From: Octopus sinensis
Taxonomy: Eukaryota
Direction: 5' to 3'
Assembly (NCBI RefSeq): GCF_006345805.1
Contig: NC_043016.1
Location: 21,886,001 to 21,950,000 of the forward strand
DNA: 64,000 bases
The first letter of the stretch is position 1; each line of letters opens with the position of its first letter. The notes under the pieces were generated by a model. The model was not told where the DNA came from. It worked only from the letters and a program-made list of their open reading frames with translations, and did no database searches. Below, in pieces: positions 44,828 to 57,260 of the stretch. Position numbers and translations under genes: made by a program.

Positions 44828-45451
44828 AATGATATACTGAGATCACAGGCAGATTTGACAGAAAAAATATAGTTTTATATATAGCAAGACACAGGAGTAA
44901 TTAACAGTAAAGTGCACCCATGGAGTAAATTCTTTCAAATACTAAGTCTTTCTAGATAGCTCTTATCTAGGTGACATAATCAACTGTGGAAATGTATATA
45001 TTCTGAAAGTACATTAGTTAGAGAATAAGCAAATCAAAAGAAGTTCAGGAATTATTACATCTACTGACAAGGCAACAAAAGTATTCTCTCTCTGAGTGAA
45101 GGCTTGATTATATGGTACAATTTGTGATATTGCCTGCTAGTAAAAGATCATCAGTGGATGTGGAGTAAGTGGAAAGAAATGAAGCAAGTATGTTTCTCTG
45201 GATATAATGTTAGTGTACATAAATGATGAAGCACAAATGAGCTTAAAAAAATGAAGTTGTAAGATGAACTAGATTTAGTGTGCAAGCAAGAAGATTGAGC
45301 TGGTATAGGCATGATACATCTGGAGAATCTTACAAAAAAACGGAAGCAGAAAAAGTCGTAATGACTGATTTCAAGAGGCTAAACCTCATGAAGGAGATGA
45401 AAAAGGCCCATTCAGCTCATGAAAAGATGGATAAACAGATCTAAAATACTA

Positions 45452-46865
45452 ACATCATCATTGTTTAACGTCCACTTTCCATGCTAGCATGGGTTGGACG
45501 ATTTGACTGAGGAGTAGCAAACCAGATGGTTGCACCAGACTCCAATCTGATCTGGCAGAGTTTCTACAGCTGGATGCCCTTCCTAACGCCAACCACTCTG
45601 AGAGTGTAGTGGGTGCTTTTACGTGCCACTGACACGAGGGCCAGTCAGGCAGTACTGGCAATAGCCATGCTCAAATGGTGTTCAGCGGCACTTGCAGCGA
45701 CCTCACTCAAATGTTTTTTCACATGCCACCGGCACAAGTGCCAGTAAGGTGATGCTGGTAACAGTCATGCTCGAATGGTGCCAGTTTGCTGCTCTGGCAA
45801 CAATCATGCTCGGATGGTGCTCTTAGCACTCTACCAGCACAGATACCAGTCATCAAATTTGATTTCGATTTCACTTGCTTCAACAGGTCTTCGCAAGCAG
45901 AGTTTAGTGTCCAATGAAGGAAAGGTACACATAAGTGAGCTGGTTACATAGGCCACTAGGTTATGGTCTCACTTGGCTTGCCGGGTCTTCTCAAGCACAG
46001 CATATTTCGAAAGGTCCCAGTCCCTAGTCATTGCCTTGGTGAGGCCTAATGTTCGACGGTCATGCTTCACCACCTCATCCCATGTCTTCCTGGGTCTACC
46101 TCTTCCACAGGTTCCCTCAACCACTAGGGTGTGGCACTTTTTCACACAGCTATCCTCATTCATTCTCGCCACATGACCATACCAGCGCAAACGTCTCTCT
46201 TGCACACCACATCTGATGCTTCTTAAACCCAACTCTTCTCTCAGGGTGCTTACACTCTGTTGTGTATGCATTACACATCCATCAGAGCATACTGGTTTCA
46301 TTCCTTGTGAGTTTACGCATGTCCTCAGTGGTCATGGCCCATGTTTCACTGCCATGTAGCATGGCTGTTCGTACCCATGCGTCATACAGTCTACCTTTTA
46401 CTCTGATCGAGAGGCCCTCTGTCACCAGCTGAGGTAAGAGCTCTCTGAACTTTGCCCAGGCTATTCTTATTCTAGCAGCTATACTTTCGGCACACCCTCC
46501 TCCGCTACTGACTTGGTCACCTAGGTAACAGAAGCTATCAACTACTTCTAGTTTATCTCCCTGGAATGTGGAGGAAGTTGTTCTCTGCACACTTTCTGTG
46601 TTTATTGCTCCTGAGCATCTGCCACATACAAAAGCTATCCTCCCAGTTAGCCTTCCTTTGATATTTCTACACCTCTTATATGTCTATAGCTTTCACTGGG
46701 TACATCTTATGGTTTCTACCTATGCCTTTTCTGCAGATTGAGCAGGGTCAACTACCTGAAGTGATTTGTGGTTTGCTTGCCTTCCTACTTATTAGGACTG
46801 GTTTTAGCTAGGCCCTTCGATTCTAATCCTTGTTTCCACACTTGAAACTTCTCTAGTTCTGATAG
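45452..46865 (-). mobile_element. 5'-truncated RTE family A LINE (best-preserved copy)
   Basis: LEVVDSFCYLGD, KGRLYDAWVRTAMLHGSETW, ERRLRWYGHVARM, GRGRPRKTW, stop at 45969, contiguous 3' UTR and (CAT)n tail. Confidence 0.92.
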
Positions 46866-47049
46866 TGACTCATACACAAAATTACGCTCACATTTGTATG
46901 CATATGCATATTTACTCACATTTGGTCGCATTACTTTGAAGAAAATTAAATGGAATTCTAAAAATGAAAATTACAGTCTATTGAAATATATCTAGCATTT
47001 TCAATGTTAACAGCAGTAAGAGCAATATTTTCTTTTTACTTACTTCCAG

Positions 47050-47116
47050 TTTGCAACACCTGCAAAAGACTTGAATAGCAGTATATGCAGTTATGGCGAC
47101 AAGCAAGAAACCCCAG
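47050..47116 (+). CDS. CRACD-like: Coding exon 4 (FATPAKDLNSSICSYGDKQETP)
   Basis: Long polypyrimidine tract ending TTCCAG, CAG|GTTTGT donor. This 67-nt exon supplies the phase 0 to 1 bridge needed between exons 3 and 5. Confidence 0.7.
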
Positions 47117-47696
47117 GTTTGTCTTTTCTTCATATTTTTCTGTGAGGATTTATTATCTTGTCTTTTAGCAGAATGGCAGTTTTTTTGTTTTTTTTTTAGG
47201 GTGGGGTGTTTCTTTACCTGAAAGGATATTTTTGATTGAAAAGAATTTCAGTTGCAATTTAGTATCAGGTCAGCCTTGGTCTAGCAGTCCTATAAATAGA
47301 TTAAAAATAAATGACATTCTGGTTGTGACTATAGAGGCAGTGGATTGGAAGAATTGTTAGTGTAAAACAAAATTACTTTTGTTTTTATTTCTGGCCATTT
47401 ATGTTCTAAGTTCAAATCCTATTGAAGTCAACTTTATCATTTATCTTTCCAAATTTGACCAACTAAAATACCATTCAAGTACCAAAATTGATTTTAATCT
47501 ACACATACTAGTATTCCCTAGGTTTCTTCATACAAAAGACAGCAGCCAGGTATCTTTTGAGCTTGTGCACTTTAAATGTACAAGCAGGTGTAAATTGAAT
47601 TGCCACAGTTTTTCTATAGGGTGCAGCTATTGCCTTTGATGAACATGTCTAATGGAAGTATGTTCTAGTTGACAAGTCACTGTGGTCATCCTGTCT

Positions 47697-47875
47697 TATC
47701 ATTTAACATTTATTGTCCATGCTGGCATGGGTTGGACAGTTTAACCAGCACTTGCAAGCCGGGGAGTGCACCATACTCAAGTCTGATTTGGCATTGTTTC
47801 TAATGCTGGATGCCCTTTCTAATGCCAACCACTATACAGTGTGCTGGGTGCTTTTATGTAGCACTGCACTGGTGC
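47697..47875 (-). mobile_element. Degenerate RTE family A 3' UTR
   Basis: CCATGCTGGCATGGGTTGGAC...GCTGGATGCCCTTTCTAATGCCAACCAC. Confidence 0.7.
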
Positions 47876-48573
47876 AGACTACATTATCTATTGTGTCTGA
47901 GTATAAAAGTGTTTATGTCAGTTGTGTTCAATAAATAAACTCTCTCTCTCTGTTTATGTGTGTAAATAGCTACATATAGATCTCGCCTTCTCTTTCTGTA
48001 TGTGTGTGTGTGTGTGCATGTATTTGCCTCTTGTACAAAAATGTACTGTCACCAAATAAGCTGAATGTCTAGTTGGGCATGCCAATTAATCGGTGTCCAA
48101 ACAGCTGCACCCAACTGTTTCATTCTGATTTTACCCTCACCAGCCAGTACATCTTAATCATCTACAAGTAAACAGACATCAGTTCCTCCATTTGTGCACC
48201 TTCAGATACTGAATAAAGGCTACTGAATTATTGCTATGATTATGATAACTCTTCAACTCTCCTGTTAAAAAGCTAAGTTTAATTGCATGTTCCTTATGTT
48301 ATATTGTGCAGTAGTATATCTTGTAAAAACATTAAAAACAACAAAAATGACCTATCAAGCTTCATTTGACTTCATGGATTTTTAGTATTGATATGTCTTC
48401 TCCTTTATTATGACTTCTCCCTATTAATCTATTAAATAGAGATTTCACTATATTTATGAATTGTTTTAAAATAATTTTTACTGACATTCCTGGATTTAAA
48501 ATATTCAAATTTTAATACTAACTTTTTTTCTTACTCAATTTTTTCTTTGCATTTTTGTTTGTTTTTCTTTTAG

Positions 48574-48707
48574 ATAATGTTCATGGAATCGATTTAGAAG
48601 CTGTAGCAAAGACTCCATCTTTGAATACTGATGCTGCTAAGTTCAAGATTTCTGTCAGGCCAAAATCACGAAGAGGTAGTCGACAGCACAGAAGAAACTT
48701 CAGCAGT
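48574..48707 (+). CDS. CRACD-like: Coding exon 5, DUF4592 core (DNVHGIDLEAVAKTPSLNTDAAKFKISVRPKSRRGSRQHRRNFSS)
   Basis: Strong T-rich acceptor and AGT|GTAATT donor, phase 1 to 0. The peptide parallels the vertebrate CRACD motif NLDAIP..ARLDNSAAKHKLAVKPKKQRVSKKHRR (recalled from memory). Confidence 0.9.
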
Positions 48708-48849
48708 GTAATTATTATTAATCATTATTTTTCTTCTTCCTAAGTGCTCACTTGTTTAAGAAATTCACCTCCCAACCATATTGTTTAAGGTATCTATATA
48801 TCTATAATACATTAAAAGTGAGCTTGAATCTTGCTTGCTTGCAATGTTA

Positions 48850-49035
48850 CCCAGCCAAACTGGTGCATAATGGGAAAATACTATGAATTAATTATCCCCT
48901 GAAATGTGAATATGAACGGAATAAGTTTCGTGTAAATCAGACTAGTGGTTGTTGAGATATTAGGGGTTTTGGGGATTTAAATACCCAAAATGGTGCATAA
49001 TGGGAAAATATTCTGAAAATAACTTAACCCTGAAA
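48850..49035 (+). repeat. HINE/Helitron-like remnant with a 20-bp direct repeat
   Basis: TGGTGCATAATGGGAAAATA at ~48861 and ~48991, with an AAGTTTCGTGTAAATCAGACTAGTGG block between them. Confidence 0.4.
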
Positions 49036-49456
49036 GTTAAGAAACTCTTACCTTTCGATTAAACACAGTGACTTGACAACAAAAAAATTATTTGTTTTTT
49101 TTTACAGTAAATGTTTCTGTTTTTGCTTTAGTTAAACACAATATTTTTATCATTTAAAAATATTTTAAAGTGAATGTGATTTCAAAAATGTAAATTGTTT
49201 GTGCAGTAAATACAGTTCTTCAGTTTGTACAGTACAGAAAGTAGCTTTCTTTAAATAGACAATATTTTAATGTTTCTTTAAATTATTTTCAAGTGAATGC
49301 CATTACGAAAATATTTTTTGGTATATTTAAAAAATATTTTAAAGTGAAAATGATTTTAAAAATGTGGCAAATATTTCATAAAAGACCCATTCATAACCTT
49401 GGTGTGAAATATTTTTCCATAGGTTCTTTTCGAGTGCAGTCAAGTATCTCGCCTCC

Positions 49457-49572
49457 AAAGATTTGAGTGCTATTTCTAGCGTACCCTGCTACCATGTAAC
49501 AGCTATTTGCGATAAAGGACCCGAATTAGTTATGTGGTAGCAGGGTGTGCAAGAAATAGCAGCCAAATCTTT
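49457..49572 (+). repeat. 116-nt hairpin (44-bp arms, 28-nt loop), probably MITE-derived
   Basis: On the + strand the arms 49457-49500 and 49529-49572 give 37 Watson-Crick pairs, 4 G-U pairs and 3 mismatches. Confidence 0.85.
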
Positions 49573-49734
49573 CCTTTTTTTAGGGAAAGGAGCCATTTAC
49601 ATGTGATTTCAATGTCACATTTATTGAAAGCATGCATAATAACCTGGAAAAGAAAAAAAATCCACAAAACAAAACTCGGTTGTTGGGGAATCTCAGACTC
49701 TCCTGGTGACCCAACAGGTCACAGGTAGTCTATA

Positions 49735-49768
<34 letters not shown>

Positions 49769-50220
49769 TAAAGACAAAGACACACGCCATAGTTTTCATG
49801 TCCACACTTTCTTGCTAGCATTGGTCAGTCAAAATTCATTGAGATAGATTTTCGGTGGCCTATTACAAACCCTCATCTGTTTCCAAACAAGATAACATTT
49901 CTCCATGGCTGGACATGTTTTCATGGAAGATTGGAAATAAATGATACTGCTTGTATGACAGTCACAGTCATTGAAGGATCACACACGTCAAAGCAAAAGA
50001 CAAATGTATAAACACTAGCCTACTGACATATAAATATGCATGAGGCTTCTTTCAGTTTCTACCTACAAAATTCACTCATAGGGATTTGATTGACTCAGAG
50101 TTGTAGTAAAAGATATTTGCCCAAGATATATATATTCTTAAATGTGATTATCTAAATGACAAACTAAACATTTAAATTTAAAGCATATTTATTTTCTCAA
50201 TACATTTGTTCTCTTTTCAG

Positions 50221-50323
50221 AAAATATCAACAACTCTTCCAAGTCTAAATGAAGAACAGTGTATCGGACAGGAATTTGGAGATATTTTACAAAAGTCTGT
50301 CAGCCTTGAGCCTAATACATCAG
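50221..50323 (+). CDS. CRACD-like: Coding exon 6 (KISTTLPSLNEEQC...EPNTS)
   Basis: CTCTTTTCAG acceptor, CAG|GTAAGA donor, phase 0 to 1. Confidence 0.85.
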
Positions 50324-50489
50324 GTAAGAGAATTTAAGCTGAAAAATACTAAAAATTGATTCATAAATTTTTATTTTTGGAGAATACATCATGACTTACT
50401 TATCACCTTCAAACTTCATTAATATCCTAATTATTTTTTCATTATCAGCTCTATTGTTAATCATTATTCTGATTATTATATCTAAAGTT

Positions 50490-52283
50490 GGATCTAGGAC
50501 AATTCACCATAAGGCATTTCGCCATAGGACTATTCACCGTACAAATATTTTGCCGCAAGGACATTTTGTAGAGAAGGATAAAAAATAAAAATAATGAAGG
50601 TCGTACACTTTATTTAAAAAGTTAAACTAAAAAAAACTAAAAAGCTAAAGATCATATAAATTCATTGAAATTGCAGACAAATAATGTTGTTTTTGATTTT
50701 GGTCATGACCTCTGACAATGCTTAGTATGTGCTTATAAACATCTTTGTATTGTTACTTGGTTATGGTTTCTCCTTTTTTTTAGATAGATTTTTCATTTCT
50801 CAAGACATTGATAAGTTTCCATAAATTTGGATGAGTATTTGTAACAGATGCTTACACCATAGTTGGTGTTAGCCAGCTAATTTAGTGTTCTTTCATACAT
50901 ATTCCAAAAACCAATAGAAAAAGTAGAGCTCCCCTGCCTCTCTCTCCACCAATGTAATGCATTTCAAAATATGCCATAAGTCATCATTATCTGCAAGCTC
51001 TATGAATGCATCAGTACTGTCTGGAGGTGGATGAATGCAAGTGCCATAAGGCTCTTTACTTTAGTGTTAAAATCACAATCAGTTTGATATCACACCTTAA
51101 GCCCAATATCTGTCACCTTTCTGTAAACATTTTTACAGAAATGAAAAAAAAAAAAAGTCTGTTATATTTGCAGATGGAAAATTGTCAGAAAAACTTAGAA
51201 AACTAACTTGTTCAAAATCAAATTTTCAGGTCTATTGTATGTATCAAGAATCTTATTCAGAAGGAGATCATAAATTCATGGGATGCATGCATGTCCTATG
51301 CTGACATGTAGAATATATCACTGATAATAAATTTCAGGACAAACCTTAATTGTTCTATCGCATGCCCAATTCTTATGTATTTCTAGATCATGCAATCCTG
51401 CTGTCATACCAAAACTCAACATTCTCTATTCTGTAGACATGTAAATTCTTTGGGAATTTCATAGCCGACTCTTGATCTAGGTATAGGAGGGACCTTTTCT
51501 TCCTTTTGTCTCCATCTTCTAATGTTTCTTGATAAACTTGGAGTTGATGGCATGGGAGAGTGTCCTTCATCCTCTAATTCCCCACATGCGGCACCAATCA
51601 AAGATCTTGAAGCTAACTGCGATTTAAGTGCATTTTCTTTCATATTTGCTATTGCTTCTTGCATTTTTGGTTGGCTAGGATTCGACAGATGTATACACTC
51701 ACTCACAATTTTACAAATAGAAATCACTTTGCTATTCAGTTTTGTATGAACTCTTGCTTTACAGTTTGTATCGACACACTTCCAATAGACCTTGCCTCCA
51801 TATTTTCTTTCTTGCCTATAAATAAAGTTAGTTGTCTATGAGTTTATCAAAACCTCTGATGTTTTTAATAGTGTATGGCATTGTAAGGGTTTAAGTTTCA
51901 ACTTTTAAAGAAAAATAATGTAAACGGTCGAAGTAACCTCTCAAAACAAGCTTTCTGCTTTTGAATTTTCAAGGTAAGCTTGTTATTTATAAATAAATGT
52001 TAAAAGCCCTTTATGATTCTCATTTCAGCAACTAATGATGCACTTTCAAATTTAAAAGTCCTTTCTGTTTTTAAATTATCATTTCAGCAATTACTGAAAA
52101 TGTCTGCTGTAAATAGTATTCCTTTATCTACTTTATTTAATTAATGACGTAATTTCAAGTTTCTAAACTTTATGGCAAAATGTGATGCTGCGAAATATCC
52201 GTACGGCAAATTGTCTTATGGCAAATAGTCCTACAGCCAATTGTCCTCTGGCAAATTTATTTATGGCAAATTGTCTGGTTACC
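50490..52283 (-). mobile_element. Mutator-like (MULE) element with FLYWCH-MULE transposase remnant, 15-bp subrepeat TIRs and 9-bp TSD
   Basis: TCTAAAGTT at 50481-50489 and 52284-52292. Minus frames give KVYWKCVDTNCKARVHT (FLYWCH), LSRNIRRWR..PPIP and WACDRTIKVCPEIYYQ (first catalytic D motif). Confidence 0.92.
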
Positions 52284-52934
52284 TCTAAAGTTAACTAATA
52301 AATTATATTGGACATTATAAACACAAACTTGAGACAGAATAACTGCTAGAAAACAGAAAATTTTGCAGTATTTGTTCCAACTGTCTGCACTCTTAAGTTC
52401 AAATCTCGACAAAATTTGAACTTATACAGGACCCTTTACCCTTTTAGGGTTGATAAAGTACCAGTTCTTTATAGTAAATTGACAGAAATGCTAGGATTCC
52501 TTGCTATATGTGTTCTAGTTATGTTTTTGAGTTCAAACCACTTAAGGAAAGGTTTTCTTTGAAATTGCCTGGTTTTACTTTCTCACCTAATCTTAACTCA
52601 AACTGCCAGACTGTGGAACTCTCTTCCATCTCATTGTTTTCCTCTTTCATCTATAGTCCCTTATACTAAGTGGCTTTTTACCTTATTTAGGACTTTATAT
52701 AGAAAAAAAAAACACTATTTGTCTCTGAACTGAAAAGAAGCAAAACTTGACATTTATATCATGTTGTAACTGAGAACCCAATCTAATCATTAGCCTTCTT
52801 TCTTCTGCGGTGATCAAGGGGTTATTTCTTGTCAAAAACATATTTTATAGCTCAAATTGAGGTTTATATATTTAAAATAAGTTATATTAAAATCTTTGTA
52901 GTTTATTTCAATTTTTCTCTCTTTAATTTTCCAG

Positions 52935-55498
52935 ATGAAATTGAAACTTTAGATGACATTCCTTCACTTAAGGAGAGTAACAATGATTCATCAGGACTTC
53001 CAATAAAATATTCTGAAGATAAGGAAAATAAGATGTTGATACCAGGAATCACCTTATCAAACAAATCTTTATCACAGGAGAATTTTTTGACAAATTCAAC
53101 TGTTGATATCAAAGATACAGTTGATCTTAGTCTTAAACTGTCTCCAGTACCTAAGTCACCTGTAAAACTATCACTCTATGATAACGTTTCTCCTGAGTGT
53201 ACATCATCTGCTACCAACATTAGCTCCACACATTCTGTTTCACCTGAACTTAGTGAAGCTTTTAATCGTATTATTAAAGAAAGAAATACTACAAATGCTG
53301 ATGATAGTGAAAAAGTTTCTAACAATCAGATATTTGAATTGGAAAAATCTAGTCCTGAAAAGGAACAAGAGCAAAGCATAGAAGAGATATCTCCAATAAA
53401 ATTTGATTTTCAGGCCATCAAAGCAGCTTCAACACCAATTTTTAATCTTAAAAAAGACATAAATACCAATACAAAGGAGGTAAACATTGAAAATGAAAAT
53501 GTTTCTAAAGATCCACTGCTTGAATTGGAAGAATCCAATCCTGAAAAGGAAAATGAAGTAAAAATGAGCTTAGAAGAAATATCTTCAATTAATATCAATT
53601 ATCAGGATGTTACAGAACATTCCACAGTTGACTCTGATTTGGGTGAACATTGTATTAAGAAAGAGTCACCAAATCATGATGAAACCTCTGTCTCACCTGA
53701 ACATTCCGATAACGACCTATTGAAGAAAAAATTGTATATAAATTCTGAATCTGACAATAAACTAAGTACAAATGTAGAAGATTCCAATGACAATTTGTCA
53801 AAGGAAAATGCCGAATACTTAATGATATCTGAATCTTCTATAAGTCAGGACCAAATATTGCTTGATTCTTCATCAAATCTCTCCAAAATACCTTACAGTG
53901 AAAGTACATCTTTCGATTCAAATTTTGTCCATCAGAAGGAACTTCTCTCCCCAAAACCCCGAACTAAAAGTCAAGGGTCAGAAGAGAACTCTATAACAGA
54001 GTCATTAATTCCATTATGGTTTCAGTATGATAACAGCAGTATTTTGGAAACTCCTTTAACAGTTCCAGGTAAAGGCATATTGATGGGTAAAAGGCTTCAA
54101 ACGGAGAACTTTTCCTCACATGGTTCTTCTGAGCCTGCATGGGTACAAATGGCCAAGAAAAAACAAGCTTTCCATGAAAAAGTGGATACAAATAAAGAAT
54201 TAGACCAAAATGATTTGCCAAAGGAAATAACTGCTTCTAAAAGTGAAGGTTCGAAAGAAGTACTTATGGAAAAAAAGTTGAGCATTCCAAAAATGCATAA
54301 AGAAATTTTAAATGTAAATATGAAAAGTCCCAGTGCATTGTCTGAGATTGCAACCGGTACACCAACAACCACTGCAGTAAGTGTTCCTCCTTCTACTCAT
54401 TCATCTGTTCCACATCTTTCGTATAAACACTGCTCTGCCACAAACACAGTGAAATCAATTCCTATTTCTAATGCAAGTACAAACATTAGTCCGATAACCA
54501 TTACTAGGACTACGTCAACTGTTACTACTACCACTACTATTTCCGCTTCTACCAATATTAGCAATACAAGTATCAGTACTGGGCAGCCTACTGATGTTTT
54601 AAATAAATTAAGCTCTGTTTCACAACCGCCTCACAAAGAGAAAGCATCTACAACAAATGTTTCAAAATGCTTAACACAAAAGACATTGGTCCAACGACCA
54701 TTGTCTGCTGAAATCACAGGGCAACAGTTATCTTCTTCTGTTAAGACATTTTCACAATCTAAGTCTTCAGTCCAATCTTCCAATACTAATATGACAAGAG
54801 CAATGTCTGTGAAAGAATTGTCACCATCTTCAAGAGACAATGATAAAGTTATCCAAAAGAACATTCCAAAAAGGAGTAAATCAATTATTGATAACCAGTC
54901 CAATACATCTTTAAAAGTGGCTCCTGTAAACAATGATGCTAATGATTTGTCTGTTTGTCAGAATAATACTAATAGACTTTCAGCTCTTTTTGAAGCTAAA
55001 ACTTCAGCACAAACTTGTGGTGTATTTAAAGAAAAAATCAGTCCTTCAGTAACTAAACCAACTTTTGGAAAGACTCCTGTGCCAGTTCCTCCTAAAAAAT
55101 CAGCTTCAACAATTACTTCTAATGCATCTAATGTTACGACAGCCACTATTACCACATCAAGCAAAGAAACATTACCAGCTCAATCCTCAACTATTCAAAA
55201 GGATGTATCATCTTGTAGGACAGATAGCCAAGAAGGATCAATAAAAGAAGTGCCGAAGAAAATTGGTATTCTTAATTACTTGAAACCTCTAGAAAGTAAA
55301 ATTGTCTCTCTAAAACAGAAGCCTAGTCTGGAAGGATCAGAACAAGGAGAAACTACACCATCTTGGAAGTCAGAGATTAATCTGAAAAAGAAAGATGTTA
55401 TTGAGAAACCTGTGAAGATTGAGATTGTTCCAAAGAGTGAAGTCAGTAAAGCATCCTCAGTTCTGGAGCAAAGTTCATCCACTGATACAAATAATGAG
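52935..55498 (+). CDS. CRACD-like: Coding exon 7 (2564 nt, S/T/E/K-rich low-complexity region with EPAWVQMAKKKQ motif)
   Basis: Uninterrupted 2.6-kb frame, TTTCCAG acceptor (phase 1) and GAG|GTTGGT donor (phase 0). EPAWVQMAKKK resembles the CRACD-family EPPWL.LAKRK motif. Confidence 0.9.
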
Positions 55499-55726
55499 GT
55501 TGGTATTTGATCTCTTTACTGTGGTTGGACACACATGCATTCACACACACAATTTGTAACCTTCTATTTGTGCTATTTCTTCAACTGAAATCCCTTCACC
55601 AATCACATTTCATTTGCAAACATCATATTAATTTTCAAGTTGAATGTGAATCCCCTGAATTTTACTAGTCTAGGAGTGTGTGATCTTTAGAGGTCATAAG
55701 TATTGCAATTTTTTTTCTGTTTTCAG

Positions 55727-55747
55727 AAAATTCTTGTCGGTGTATAA
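55727..55747 (+). CDS. Candidate alternative terminal exon (KILVGV*)
   Basis: TTTTTTTTCTGTTTTCAG acceptor in frame with exon 7. AATAAA signals at 56078 and 56176. Confidence 0.35.
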   Translation, partial: KILVGV

Positions 55748-56334
55748 ACATAGCCAAATGATTAAGAAGTCTGCTCTGTAGTCATGTGGTTTGATGCCAC
55801 TACACAGAAACTGCAATCATTTTCTTCTATTACTTTGAGTCAGTCTACAGCTCATGTTGTCATTGAAAGAGTTCAAATGGTCATCTGATATAGAGATATC
55901 AGCTTCATGATTATTTTCTAGTTGAGCAAGATTTGGAAATTGGCATAGCTCCCGATGACCAACATTATGGCTAAAGAGTGGTAGTTTGTCCATGAATTTC
56001 GCAAATAACAGATTTTGCTTTGATAAGATTTACATCACTGTCTTGCAATTGCAAATTCAGATCATTTGAATATATTGAATAAAATAGGCATTGTCACATT
56101 TGCAAGTTAAGAGATCCTCTCTCAAATGATCATATTTTTTCTCCTGAAAAAATTGTATGACAGTGTTGAAAAGGGAATAAAATTGCTTCAGACTCTTGCC
56201 TTTCGATAACCATCTCACCTCAGCATGTAAAAGAAGACAATCAAATTCTTCATCACTGTTGTTGTAGAGTTATTAAAATATTCGGGAATTAAGAGCAAGA
56301 CATTTTATTTTAATTATTGCTGTGATAACAATAC

Positions 56335-56548
56335 CTTTCCTACTCTAGGCACAAGGCCCTAAATTTTGGGGGAGGGGGCTAGTCGATTAGATCGATCCCA
56401 GTACACAACTGGTATTTAATTTATCAACCCCCGAAAGGATGAAAGACAAAGTTGACCAGTGTGGAATTTGAACTCAGAACATAAAGACAGACGAAATACC
56501 ACTAAGCATTTCACCTGGCGTTCTAACACTTCTGCCAGCTCACCACTT
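56335..56548 (-). mobile_element. OK-like SINE
   Basis: Reverse complement of the 30232 family (GAATTTGAACTCAGAAC, TTCTGCCAGCTCACCAC). Confidence 0.8.
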
Positions 56549-57059
56549 AATTTGACTCAATACGGGAAAACTAACTTTGTCCAGACACCAGTAGGATTGA
56601 CAGATCGATAGTTCTTTCTTTTGTGATAACAATACTAAGCAATATATGAAGCCAATCACTCACGTGTCTTGCAACTAGATGTTGATGATGAATTATGCAA
56701 TGTATTGTAAACACATTGTAAATGCAATGTATTGTAAATACATTGGGTACAGCCTTCTTTAAAAATGTAAGAAAGCTTTTGTACCGCCCTGTTAATGCTA
56801 GAGCATTGTCTGTTGCATAAACAACATAGGGATTTCTTTCTTTTTTTTGAAAAACTGTTCAACTATAGTAAAAATGGATTCACCTTTAGTATCTGTTTTC
56901 AGTTCCTTTGCAAACAATAATTCTTGCACAATTTTCTAATCTTTAATAAAGCAAATGTATCCTAAAAACAATGCTTCGTTTGCCTGAGAGAGTTGATTTG
57001 CCCAATTGTAAACCAAATTATTGCTTTTTAAGTATTGTAAATAACATTTCTTCAATGTC

Positions 57060-57260
57060 CTCAGCCATTTCATCAGTCAAGGCAGCACTGGTATCAGCCA
57101 CATTCGGATGGTGCTATTTACGTGCCACCAGCATGGGGATCACAACTACAATTTCCATTTGGTTTTGATGTACTTGACTCAATAGGTCTCCTCAAGCATG
57201 GCATGTCACCCTACAATCCAAGATACTTTTGAGTGGGCTGGTTATGCAACACTGGTGTAG
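57060..57260 (-). mobile_element. RTE family A 3' UTR fragment
   Basis: CGGATGGTGCTATTTACGTGCCACCAGC and CAATAGGTCTCCTCAAGCATG, homologous to 45700-45960. Confidence 0.55.

Noticed and set aside
52829-52934. First 35 codons of the 893-aa ORF (hydrophobic, TTG start)
   Set aside because: This is intronic polypyrimidine sequence upstream of the acceptor at 52934, not a signal peptide or transmembrane segment.
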